Positions 12,583 through 24,339 of a stretch of DNA of 64,000 nt are shown piece by piece (the first letter of the stretch is position 1; each line of letters opens with the position of its first letter). The notes beneath the pieces were generated by a model. That model did no database searches. It saw only the letters and a program-made list of their open reading frames with translations, and had not been told where the DNA came from. A program made the translations under genes and the position numbers. The DNA comes from Mytilus californianus. Its lineage: Eukaryota. The stretch is taken from positions 10,726,001 to 10,790,000 of the forward strand of contig NW_026262745.1 in assembly GCF_021869535.1 (NCBI RefSeq), read 5' to 3'.

Positions 12583-13711
12583 CTATAACATAATTCATCA
12601 AATATAAATGCTCAACTTGGTCTTATTTTGTTACCAATGACATGAATAAGCCACTTGAATGTAGGACCTTTCCAACCTTAAGATATAATGTAGAATTTCA
12701 AAAGTTTTTGGGCCTTTTATAGCTTTCTATGCAGTATGGGTTTTTTCTCATTGTTGAAGGCTGACTTCACACCACATCTTCCTATTTCTATATTTCAACT
12801 AAACTACTTAATTTGAATCCTCGAAAACAACAGATTTCTTACTAAAGCTTCTAAAAACAGTAAAATAAGGATCATTCCAAAGATACTATGTGTGTGAGAG
12901 ACCCCCATTTTAAAGGGCTGTATAACGAGGAAGCACTATAGATATATGTATAAATTTATGTATAGTTATTTCTGTAGGAGAGAGGTGAAAGATATCAAAG
13001 GGACATTCAAACTCATAAGTCGAAAATAAACAAACAACGCCATGGCTGAAAGATTATGAAGAAAAATTATAATTCATAAAAAAAAATTTTTGTTCTCCAT
13101 TATAGCTATTAGCATGATTAGGGTTCTTTTTTTCAGAAAGGCACATTTTCTGTTAGGAAAAATACTGATTGAATACCAGAATATTATGGAACATAGCATG
13201 TTATATCAAATAAAGACATTCTAGCCATTTACGTAGGGTAATCAAAATTTACTGCTATGCATTCCAAGCATGGTTTAACAAATTTAAGTGCATTTTTGTC
13301 TGCACTAATGTATGATTTATTGCAAACAATAGCATGAAGTTTTATGATTCCTACACCTTCAAATTTTATAATGTACTATAAAAAAAATTCATGTTGAAGC
13401 CAAAAATTTTTTTAATCTATGCAGCCTGCGAAAACAAGTACTCATGGCCTTATAATGTTTCCATGATCGTATACAAAGCTGGCTTGTAATTCCTTTCATC
13501 CAATGAGTTATGTCAATGATATGCAGACTTACCACACAAATAAAATCACTGTACTTGCATGGAAGGTAGAATTTTACTTAACTATAACATCATAAACATC
13601 TTTGCAAATCTAATTTAAACAGGAATATAAGAACTGATCCATGGAAGCTTTTTCAATGTTCAATATGCTGAATGTTTCAAATATTTTTAATTATTTTTAT
13701 TACAGACATAC

Positions 13712-13910
13712 TGATCTATTTTTGGCAGATAACAATGGAGCTCTTTTTGGCGGTTCAGATTCTGTTTGATTTGCTTCTATCCGAGACATAGCCTCTGAAA
13801 TTCCTGGTGCTGGAGCTTTGGATGGTGTTTTCACATCCCATAACAAATCTTCATTATCTTCTATAGGATAGAAATGTACTGGTAACTGACCAACACTTTT
13901 TCTTTTCTCC
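13712..13910 (-). CDS. LMO7: LMO7-like exon G, EKRKSVGQLPVHFYPIEDNEDLLWDVKTPSKAPAPG...PPKRAPLLSAKNRS
   Basis: ttttcag acceptor, gtatgt donor, 199 nt, phase 2 to 0. Open frame compatible with both neighbours. Confidence 0.82.
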
Positions 13911-14048
13911 CTGAAAAATATTGAAAAAATTTACTAAATTTTACATACTATTCACCATGTTCACATGTAATTGATTGATTGAATACCAAAAAAAATAGTA
14001 GTATAAATTTCATTATTTTCAGCTGTATACACTTTAAAAGTTTTTTAG

Positions 14049-14224
14049 TTGAGAAAATGCAGCTAGTTTAGAGATTTACAGTCAGAGCAGTTGGCTACTG
14101 TTAATTTGAGAAAATGCAGCTTAAGTTTAGAGATTGACAGTCAGAGCAGTTGGCTACTGTTAATTTGAGAAAATGCAGCTAGTTTATAGAGATTTACAGT
14201 CAGAGCAGTTGGCTACCGTTAATT
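14049..14224. repeat. Tandem repeat, 3 x 57-59 bp
   Basis: ttgagaaaatgcagct...cagtcagagcagttggctac.gttaat, three copies. Confidence 0.9.
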
Positions 14225-15686
14225 CTAATTTGATTTTTCTGAAAGTTGAATGTACATGCACCAAAACACTTATCTGTTAAGTCTATAGGGGAATGTTATG
14301 TAACTTTTTAAAAGCCAGTCACATCATCCCAAATTATCCAGTTAGGTTATGACTTGGCCTCAAACACAAACATCCCACAAGTCCATACTGTACTGAGAAC
14401 TGATAAGTTGGATGACTGCCTTGTGCAATAAAGATTACACATTCATGTGTACATTCATACAATTCTAGGGCAAATTTACCATTTTCCATAAGAAATGTAT
14501 GAAATCAAGATAAACTCAAGCTGAGGAACGCAAACTCTATACAATAATTAGAAATATTCTATAACACTTTAAGGCTCAGAGATTTGTTAAACATTTGATT
14601 GAGATCAGCCAGATAATTGGAATTTCATAACCTGTGAATCTGAGGACAGACTACACAGTAGGACAGCAAACTGTCAAATCAAAATGACAACAAAAAAATT
14701 ATTCAAACTTGACTAATCAACTTCTCTTTATAAATTTTTCTAAAGTAATGTATATATTACTATATTTTTTCTCTCAATTTGATCCTTTAAAAAATACAAA
14801 ATTTATGACCTATTTATTCAATAAAAGATACAGTCTTGATTATTTTTTCACTGATACAACGAAGACACAGGACACGCTACCCAAAACAAATGTAAACTAT
14901 TTATGACTGTCTCAATTGTTTACAAGAGTCACTTTGACATCATTTTCACTACCAAATAATTTACAACAACTCAGTAATCATCCTCCATAAATATCTCTGA
15001 TAGCTACTTCAATCTAGTCATACTTCATGATAAACCAATGGGGAACAAGGACAACCTATTTACTTAACAATTCTCAGGTACTCAAATCAGATATTTCAAA
15101 AATTCTTACAGATCAATTTTATGTCTGAATTTATCCTTGAGTTACATTGTTAATGAGGAGAAGGAATTGTTTTAGAATTTTTATTTACTTCCTCTTTGTC
15201 AAATGATTTGATTAGAGTATTTGCCTGACAGACAATGCAACATTTTACTAAGCTTTCAGTGTTAATAACTGTTAAATTTTGTAGTTTATCATGTTTATAA
15301 CATTTCAGTCATCCTAAATGTAAAAGAACACACTGTTAATCTTTCAAAATTTTCACAGTATAAGGGCTCATAAGTTACATTTTGAAGATAAATTCTATTA
15401 TTAGCTATTGTAAATTTACATGAAAGATATCTGCAATTGATCTGCCCGGTTTCTTGGTTAAGTATGGGCCCAGATTATATCAGGGCTTAAGCTATTTAAA
15501 AATGTTTTGAGTATGATTATCATACTCAAACTCAGAAATCAACTAACCAAAATACTGATTTGGTGCACTCCCAAGTATTGAGTGAAGTTTTATGACCAAA
15601 AGACCTGGACTCCCAATTACTCAGGTTTGTTGTATTGCACTGAAGCTGCACAATGATATCAATTTGGAAAAGTATACATGTATATA

Positions 15687-16143
15687 TGGTCCGAGGACAC
15701 AGTTATCGTCCTTAGGTTTTCGTTGTCTACAAATTATAGTCCCTAGTGTGGACAGTGTATAACTTGCAAATTTTTTTCATACACTTTCCAAATTCATTTC
15801 TTTATATTTTATGCATGAAATATTAAGTAAGGGGATGAAATTACATGTTAAAAAAATTTGGGTGCTGAATCTTTATGTAAAGTAGTGATTTGGTCCAGTT
15901 AAAAAAGGTCAAAAACTAGTATGCCTGAAGCTGTCAAACTGAATTTTAGACCCCCTTAACATAGAATTGTCAATATTTTGAGTTAGAGCTGGTAGACTTT
16001 TCTATAATTTTGATATTATTTGTCCCAATAGTAGTACACTACACTGTAAAAATCTTTTTGAGATAGAGCAGGTGCGATTTTTTTAATTTGGCTTTATTGT
16101 CTAAAAGAAATGCACTACGAAATAACTGTGTTCTCGGGACTAT
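15687..16143. mobile_element. MITE with ~21-bp imperfect TIRs
   Basis: tggtccgaggacacagttat at 15687 versus ataactgtgttctcgggacta at 16122-16142, with TA-like flanks. Confidence 0.65.
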
Positions 16144-16543
16144 TACTTTCTAAATTGTGTACAAATATTGCAAGAGTATAGTAGTTATTTTCAGTTGTAA
16201 ATTGCACAACATTCCTTCATTCTCAATTGCAAGTCATGTTCATTATCTTCATAAATTTTGCTAAAATGTTAATTTTTCTTTTTTTTTTTTTTTTTTAGAA
16301 AAATAGTAATAATATTTGTGAAGCTATAGTATAAAGATTTTTGACATACAATCTGATATAATAAAATTGGTCATGTATGTAGACTCATAATCATCTGTTT
16401 TTGCAGTATAAATTTGTTCTACATGGTATACAAGATCTCGACTCGACTTGAAGTCTGACACGTAAAGAAGTTGTGTAATTGCATCTAATACATGTATTAA
16501 AGCCTGATGAATTCTGCCAGAAGAATAACCAGGATCATTTTCA

Positions 16544-16774
16544 TACTGACATGTATTCATTTATTTTTTCGTTGGTATCAAGGTTCAAATAAAAAAAATG
16601 TCATTTCAATAGTATGAGCCCAGACTATATCAGGTTATTAATTTCATGTTTTCATCATTTGCGTCCATCAAAGTAACTTAAAATTTGTATGTCGAGTATC
16701 TGAATAAGTAGATTTCTCCTAACCACAAAATCAACGAAAATCAGTATCCCATGAATATTAATGAATCCAAAGTA
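16544..16774. mobile_element. Degenerate MITE (tactg..attcatt / aatgaatcc..agta ends)
   Basis: Imperfect inverted ends. The same right end, tcaacgaaaa.t.gtatccc...aatgaatcc, recurs at 10204-10247. Confidence 0.45.
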
Positions 16775-17497
16775 TGTGATTATCCCAGAGAATATAACAG
16801 TATATCATAACAATAGTTCTATTCAATATTTTAAATCAAAACCTTAAAAACTTCAGATTTTTTTATCATTATCTCTTCAACCTGACGAAATACAACAAAA
16901 ACCTTTTACACAACAATGTCAAAAGTTTACTGTGCTGTCTGTCTCGTCTCTTTGTTTATTTATAATTATTGAACACAAAACATATATTACTTGGTAAATA
17001 TGTTTAAAAATTATCCAGTATTGAATTATCTGTGTTTAAATACAGTAATAACTTCATAACAATAGACCCATGGTACTGCTAACCAACGTATAATATTTGT
17101 CAAAATAATAGGTACTATATTACTCTTAGTTAGGCCCCTGACACTTTAATCACAGAGGCTTATATGGTCAGAAACTGGATTTTCATCATGATTCCAGTTT
17201 TTACAAATTATTTGCAAGGATTTTTGATACATGGAAAGACCTATGATTAAAAGAAGCTACATATTGGGAAATTGTTAATGAGACAGCAACCCAACGACAC
17301 TAAAAATCCAAAAAGGCATCTAGAGATCATCATACAGTCTTCAAAAATAGCCTCCACCCCCTTCCAACTTTCAAAAGTAAAAAAAAAAGTTATTGAATAT
17401 TCAAATGTGAATGAAAGAGGATACTGACTTACACCTACACTTCATGACTTGTCACTTTCAGAATTTTAGACATACTAAAGAAAAAGTGTTTTATCAT

Positions 17498-17659
17498 GTG
17501 AAAAAGTGCCTTCAGCAGGAAAATTGAAAATTATAATTTTAAAAGATTGGAGTTGGACACACCTGCCATGTGCAGGGTTTAAACTAAAGACCTCAATGTT
17601 GACAGACTTAAGTGATATAGTAGATGAACTACTTGGACCACTTGGCCACCAAGGCCCCC
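17498..17659 (-). mobile_element. Older 3'-truncated copy of the same SINE family
   Basis: Reverse complement reads ggggccttggtggccaagtggtccaagtagtt...gtcaacattgaggt...actccaatctt, collinear with the 18291 copy. Confidence 0.75.
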
Positions 17660-18290
17660 TCAATCTTTAAAAGTAAGGGAAATAGTTTTTTCTAAGTTAT
17701 CATATACATGTGCCACATGGAATATTCTTGGTCAATACCATATGTGTACACCCTAACTTTATTAAACAATCATATCATACAAGCCAAACAAAGTCAATGC
17801 TAAGCTTCTTTTGAAATACATAATTTAGATTTGTCCTGATTGAAATAAGTTCGATAAATTCTTTGAGGTATTGATTTATGTTGGAGCCTGTACAATGATA
17901 TATCATGTGTATAATAACAATCATACATTCCAGACCATAGGTAAATGACTATATAGGGATAAATTGATATTGAAGTCATGAATTTAGTCACATATTTTTT
18001 ACATTGACATAAAAACTCCAAAAGAAAAGGCTCTAATAATGTGTGATATACATATAAAGGTAAACTGAGAACTGTACAAGATTTCATAACATGTTAATTG
18101 TGAAAACAAAAAATTAAAAAACTATAAGCTGTTTATTTCTGGGCCTTCAGTCATAAAACTTTACTCAGTACTTGGAGTATAACATTTGTACAAGAAACTC
18201 AAAATACAGCATTTTGATTGAATGATTTCTGAGTAAGATAATTGTACTACAAATTTTTAAGACTGTGAGGCCTGTTCTTCATTAAAATTG

Positions 18291-18551
18291 GGCCTCAGTG
18301 GCCAAGTGGTCTAAGTAGTTCTACTACTGTAATGATGACACTAGCCAGTCAACACTGAGGTTGTGAGTTTGAACCCCGCTCGTGCGGATGCACTCTACTC
18401 CAATCTTCATTGACTAGGATTGTTAGTTTTCCTATCCAAGGTCTTGGTTTTCTCCGGGCACTCCGGCTTCCTCCACCTATAAAAACTGACCGCTACGAAA
18501 TAGCCCAAATGTGGCGCTTAAAAGTGGCGTTAAAACACCAACAATCAACAA
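18291..18551 (+). mobile_element. Full-length tRNA-derived SINE with a V/Meta-type central domain and 15-bp TSD
   Basis: Box A TGGCCAAGTGG at 18299, box B GTTTGAACC at 18367, core ggttttctccgggcactccggcttcctcc at 18446, caacaat tail. TSD tcttcattaaaattg at 18276-18290 and 18552-18566. Confidence 0.88.
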
Positions 18552-19061
18552 TCTTCATTAAAATTGATGAAAAGGGGTTTAGGGCATGCTAAGGAAATGT
18601 TAAATTAATTGTGCTCCTCGATTTATTTTTACTAGAGTTATGACAGTTTGCTGGAGCTACTGCAGAAACAGAACGACATGACTTTTATAAATGTCAAATG
18701 CAATCTTTATTTTGTACACTGTGTTCTAAATCTTGCATGTTTATGAATATTTATAAGTCTTATATTTCTTACAATTCTCAGACATTCATTGATAATTTAT
18801 AGTTTTAACTTGTGATTTATTATGAAGATTGATTAGTTTGTATAACATGCAGGAATTCTTATCCATCATGCCCATATACAAAGTTTACCTATATATATGA
18901 CCTTATTATCATTGATGTAATTGCATATCAAAATAAATTAAACAATTACACAGTTCTCTATTCTGTTGTTTATACTTTGATGCTGCTTAGATCAAAATAC
19001 AAAACAAATCTCTGGAATTGGGCCTAACTCTTTAGCTAAAGAAATGTTCCCATTCTCTCAC

Positions 19062-19201
19062 CTTTCTTTTTTTATTTGATCGTAGGTCTTTGGCGGCTTT
19101 TTCTTTTCTTCTTCACTTTTATTCATATCATCTGCACCTTCAACTCTTTCTATGGTAGCAGCAGAAACTCTCCGTCTTCTGTTCTTCCAACTTGATAAAT
19201 T
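19062..19201 (-). CDS. LMO7: LMO7-like exon F (DUF4757-like), NLSSWKNRRRRVSAATIERVEGADDMNKSEEEKKKPPKTYDQIKKE(R)
   Basis: ctgtag acceptor, gtgaga donor, 140 nt, phase 0 to 2. WQxxLxxWKxRRR followed by KTYxxI is the LMO7/LIMCH1 DUF4757 signature as I recall it. Confidence 0.88.
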
Positions 19202-19544
19202 CTACAGAATAAATTTTAGACATATTTATAGCTGCCATTGAAAATAACAAAATATGAAAAAAAATAAACTGCAAACTCTCATGACTCTAATTACAATAAC
19301 TATTCAAAACTATTTTTAACTAAAATTTGTAAATTTGATGTAGAAATAGAATTTATTTTATAAATGAAAATGAAAACATGATTTTATCATATGGAAACAT
19401 CTTTTTACCAATCAAAATTTCAAAAATGAGGGAGATAAGTCACAAAATTAATTTTTATTAAGGAATGTACAGGAGAAGACATATAATTTAATAAGACAAC
19501 ATCCTTACACCATAAGTTTAAATCCAAAACATCTAGATGTCTAG

Positions 19545-20316
19545 GTCAGACATACATAAACATGTACACCTTACAATTATTCCATACACCAAATATAATT
19601 AACCTATTGCTTGTGGTAATTGAAAAACAGACCAAAAGACAAAAACTTAACATTGACCAATGAACCATGAAAATGAGGTCAAGGTCAAATGATACCTGCA
19701 AAACAGACATGTACACCTTACAATTATTCCATACACCAAATATAGCTAACCTATATTGCTATTAGTTTGAAAAACAGACCAAAACACAAAAACTTAATAT
19801 TGACCAATGGACCATGGAAATGAGGTCAAGGTCTGATCATACCAGCTAGACAGACATGTACACCTTACAATCGTTTATACACCAAATATAGTTGACCTAT
19901 TGTAGCTCTGCAAGCGAACTAGCACTTCTGTTTCAATTCTCATCACTTCTCCCTATCAGTTTCAAAAAGAGAAGTCACTTCTCCCTATGATTCTGAAGTA
20001 GTGTGTCACAGCCCTGCTAGTCAGTACTTGAAATACAGGCAATTACTCATAATAAGTGAGAAATTCACATGACAAAAAAAAACTTTATTTTCTTTTCAAC
20101 CAGTCGCTGAACCATGAAAATGAGGTCAAGGGCAATGGACATGTGTCAGATAAAACTTCGTAAGATAAGGTATCTGCATACTAGGTAATAATTGAAGCTT
20201 CCAGGTCTTCTACCTTTTGAAATATAAAGCTTTTACAAATATTAAATTTACAACACTGTCGAATAGTAATCCCTATGTCTCGCATACTGTGACAATTTAG
20301 TTGCAGGCAAGACAAA
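19545..20316. mobile_element. HINE family A copy 2, truncated at one end, with an internal replacement
   Basis: Same monomers (19672, 19819, 20120) and same tgtctcgc...caggcaagaca end as copy 3. Confidence 0.75.
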
Positions 20317-21157
20317 AAAAAAAAGAAAAGTCAAATCTGACATATGTACATCATTTGTACATTGTATGATCAAACAGCAATTTCCACAAAAAATTATACT
20401 ATATATATATATTATTTCAAAATAAATTTTAAAAATAAAAAATCCAGAAATATGTATCAAATCTTATTATCTATACAGAGTGATGCAAATAAAATGTTAA
20501 AAGCATAATATAGTGGGCTTGGTCAGTTACAAAATCAATTTACTTATTAAATGCATGTATTCAACTATCAAAATTTCAAAAAGATGGCAAGCACTAAATA
20601 AACCTGATTTAAGTCTGCTTAACATGGCAAAATAAATCATGCAAATTTCTTCTACAGCTATTCAGGGCTTTTGTTTGCCTTGACAAAATCACTTATTTAT
20701 TGAACACAAACTTTACAGGTTGACATGTAATGGATTATGTAATACAACATAAAAGGAACGTGTTCACAAAAGAAGCTTAAAATTAAATACTCTGTCAAAA
20801 TTTATAACCAACACAAAAACACACATTATGAGCTAAATTGAAAATTTAAAAACTTTCATTCATTTCAAAAGTGAAAATATAATCATAACCTTATTTGTCT
20901 AAAAATACTCTTTTGTGATAAATTTCAAAGCATGCCAAATACAATGAAATATGTGCTTATGTTAAGAAAATACTATCTCATCAAATTTATTAATATTCAT
21001 GAAGAGTAATAATCATGATAATGTATCTTTTGGGTTTATGTATGTCTTTGGGTCAGTCTAAACCCTGGTCACAGGCCAACCAGTCCAAGTTTGTAAAACT
21101 TCTATGGGGCCAACTCAAAGCATGTAAGAATTTCTACAACAGGCAATATATTTTCAA

Positions 21158-21765
21158 ATAAATGGGGAATGTGTCCATGGGACACAGACGATGCCCCCGC
21201 TTGCGTATAAAGTTATAAAGGGACATAACTTAAGAACGGTAAAAGTGACACTATCCAAATTTGTACTTGATCTGAGATTTGTTGAAATGAGCATTGTGTA
21301 TAAGTTTCATATCATTTGCTTGAGGCAAACTAAAGTTATAAAGAACGGAAACAAAAAATTCAGCAATTTTTCCATTTGTAAAGGGGCATAACTCTAGAAT
21401 TGTAAAAGTGACGCTACCCAAATTCAAACTTGATCTGTGTTTTGTGGTAATAAGCATTGTGTATAAGTGTCATAACATTTGGATGAGGCAAACTAAAGTT
21501 AGAGAACGGAAAAGAAAAAATTCTGCAATTTTTCCATTTGTAAAGGGGCATAACTCTAGTACAGTAAAAGTGACGCCACCAAAATTCAAACTTGATCTGT
21601 GTTTATTGGTAATAAGTATTGTGTATAAGTTTCATAATATTTGGTTGAGGCAAACTAAAGTAAGTTAGAGAAAGGAAACCAATTTTGGGACGTACGTACA
21701 GACGGACGTAAAGACGGACAAGGGTAAAACATAATGCCCCCTCCACTACGGCGGGGGCATAAAAA
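21158..21765. mobile_element. HINE family B
   Basis: Sub-TIR atgcccccgc at 21191 with perfect inverse gcgggggcat at 21751. Three ~162-bp monomers and a GACG/GACA microsatellite near 21690. Explains ORFs 21191-21791. Confidence 0.8.
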
Positions 21766-23649
21766 TTAAGCGTAACGCCTTCCGGCTTCAAAAAGTTATC
21801 ATGAAGACTATTGGGTTGCTGCCATATTGATGTATAACAAACATTTTTTCATTCATATGAACATGATGAATAAGGTGAAATAGTTTTGGAAAATGATGCA
21901 TCAAATTAGTCCTTAAATTGATGAATGATATTTTATTGGCAATACTAACTCAAAACAGTACATGAATGTTCACCTTAACGTTTACTTCTTTTTTAATGGA
22001 TTACTGTTTGAACTGTTATAATCCTAAAACAAAACCAGTATCATATAACCTTTAAATTTGAATTACTTTTCCCTTAAAAAAGGGTCATTTTCAGGTTTGA
22101 AATTTAACTGCACATGCCGGTTTGGTATATTTCCAAGGTTTACTGGTACATGGTTAAGTGGACCAATGAATCATTTTATTTATTCAGTTCTAGATTAATG
22201 TTATGCATGTTATCTATCCATCTGACACTCTAAAGTTTATAAGCATGTATGCTCATAAAACTAAAATAAAAAGACAACCGCTTACAGCATGTGTCCAATG
22301 ACAGTAACAATACATGTCTATCTGTATAAGTACAGCTAATAAATAATACAAAAGGAATTAATGTGCTGTAAATGATAAATAAGGGGATTCAAAAGTAGAT
22401 TTGAACAAATAGGAGTTCAAAATATCTTTCTTTATTAAAAAACCTTGTTGGTGACATATAAAATGCATACTTATATGATTTGCATTAAATTTCTACTCAG
22501 TGTTTTGTCTGATACATGTTTGTGAGGCCAACAGTTATTATGATATTGTAAAAGATCAAATTTAACACTGTCCTTTAATCACGATTCAATGCCTACTGAA
22601 TCTGAATTTGCACTTCTTTGAGGTTGCAGTTTTCAGGTAGTATATTTGTTCATGAATCCAGGTCTTTTAGTCCTTAATGAATTCAGTTTCAATGATATAT
22701 TTTCACTGTAGTTTTATTTTTGCCTGCCAAAAATAAAACTACTGCAAAAATAACAATTTACAGCATATGATTTGTTACTGACTAGTTGGAGAAAGGTACA
22801 AGTGATCTCACATAGCTTAAATTAAATATTGGCATGTCCCCACTTAAGCATGTTTAAAGTGGCTTAAGTCCTGATAATTCAAATAATGAGGGCTTTTTAA
22901 TTGATGTCCAATCTTGGTGTTGGTAGATGAAGAATTCATATTGTTTGTTCAACAACACATCTGACCATGCTACTCAATAGAGAAATACTGGTTGAACTAT
23001 ATCCCTTTAATATGTGTAGGTAGGAGTATAGTACATTGTAGTACATGTAGGTACAATGTACGAGATACTGTAGCAGGGTTCACACATTATTGTTGGTGAC
23101 TTATAATAAGATTAACAAGAGAGGCAAATCAAAACTTGTATAGCTGTAAGTCAATGTGAGAAAACATAATAATTAGCTTATAGTGTCTCTGTTTGTCTGT
23201 TTGTTTGTTCTTTTGTTTGTCAGATGTAAATTACTGCAAATTTCTTAACATTTGTACAATTTCATACGGAAATTTAAATAATTGGTACAATAAACTAATG
23301 GTAAAATAGGAAAGATAGACAACCACCCTAAATAGACATATTTACTTTGGGTATTTAGCTAAATTTTCTTCGAAAGACCTTAATTTTGTCTCTGAATAAC
23401 CTTCTGACTTCATGCAACAATCACTTTTTAATTATGACATCAAATGTTTTAAATTGTTACGCAAAATTTTACAGGAACTTGTTTGATATTAAGTAATGGC
23501 GGACAAATTTGCATACAAGTGTAAATGAATCTATCGAGTAAAGAGTAACTATACCAGATCCATTCACACAGAATGGGTGATAGTGAGTAAACCTTCCAAA
23601 TGCCTTTGTCTTTATTAAGTAACAGATTACTGTAGGGTAAAACACTTAC

Positions 23650-24339
23650 TGACTGCCAATCTTCCTCATCTCTTTCTATTGTCTTTCTAACTTGTTTAAC
23701 CTCCTTAACCATTGTAATCTGTTCTACTGCTTGTTTTGCTAAATCTTTCGATGGTTTTAATTTTATAAATTTTAACGGATCATCTGGTTGGCTAACCCTC
23801 CGTTGAGTTTTAATTGTTCTAGTAGGGATATCAACACTATCAGACGATTGCCTTGAATGATTCCCATGTGAATCGTCATAGCTGTCCACTGATGAAGTCC
23901 TTGTATGGGCATTTGTTAAGTCAGGGGTACTTTGATGAAATCCATCATATGATGTTTCTAAATTTGAGGACAATCTTAATTCCCCACTTCTGTTCAGGGA
24001 AGAAGTGCTCCCATAGCGACGCATGTCTGATCCCACAGGCATGTTCAGTTCTTCTGTTAAACTAGATTCGCGAGAATGACCGTAAGATCCAAAAGAATCA
24101 TATGAACTATCGCGATTGTGTTTTCTGTCTATAGAATCACTCGGTCCTTCTTTTCCGTCATGTGAACTATATGCACTTGAATATCCACTACATTCAAAAG
24201 AATCATGTTGGGCAGGTTTGTCTGATAAAATATCCTTTCTATGAATATTAACAAGGGCGGAAAATGCTGACTGATCCAAATGTGGTCCACTGCAAGTGGT
24301 CTCGACTATCCTTCCAAGCCAATAAATTGTAATAGCAAC
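23650..24339 (-). CDS. LMO7: LMO7-like exon E: end of CH (VAITIYWLGR), Ser-rich region, start of DUF4757-like segment (DPLKFIK...EEDWQS)
   Basis: Core of ORF 23449..24438. tttcag acceptor, gtaagt donor, 690 nt, phase 0 to 0. Confidence 0.93.

Noticed and set aside
18291-18380. tRNA gene
   Set aside because: It has A and B boxes but an expanded spacer, and continues into a SINE core, tail and TSD.
23449-23649. N- and C-terminal extensions of ORF 23449..24438, and the tail of ORF 12166..12576
   Set aside because: They lie beyond clear splice sites and have intron-like composition.
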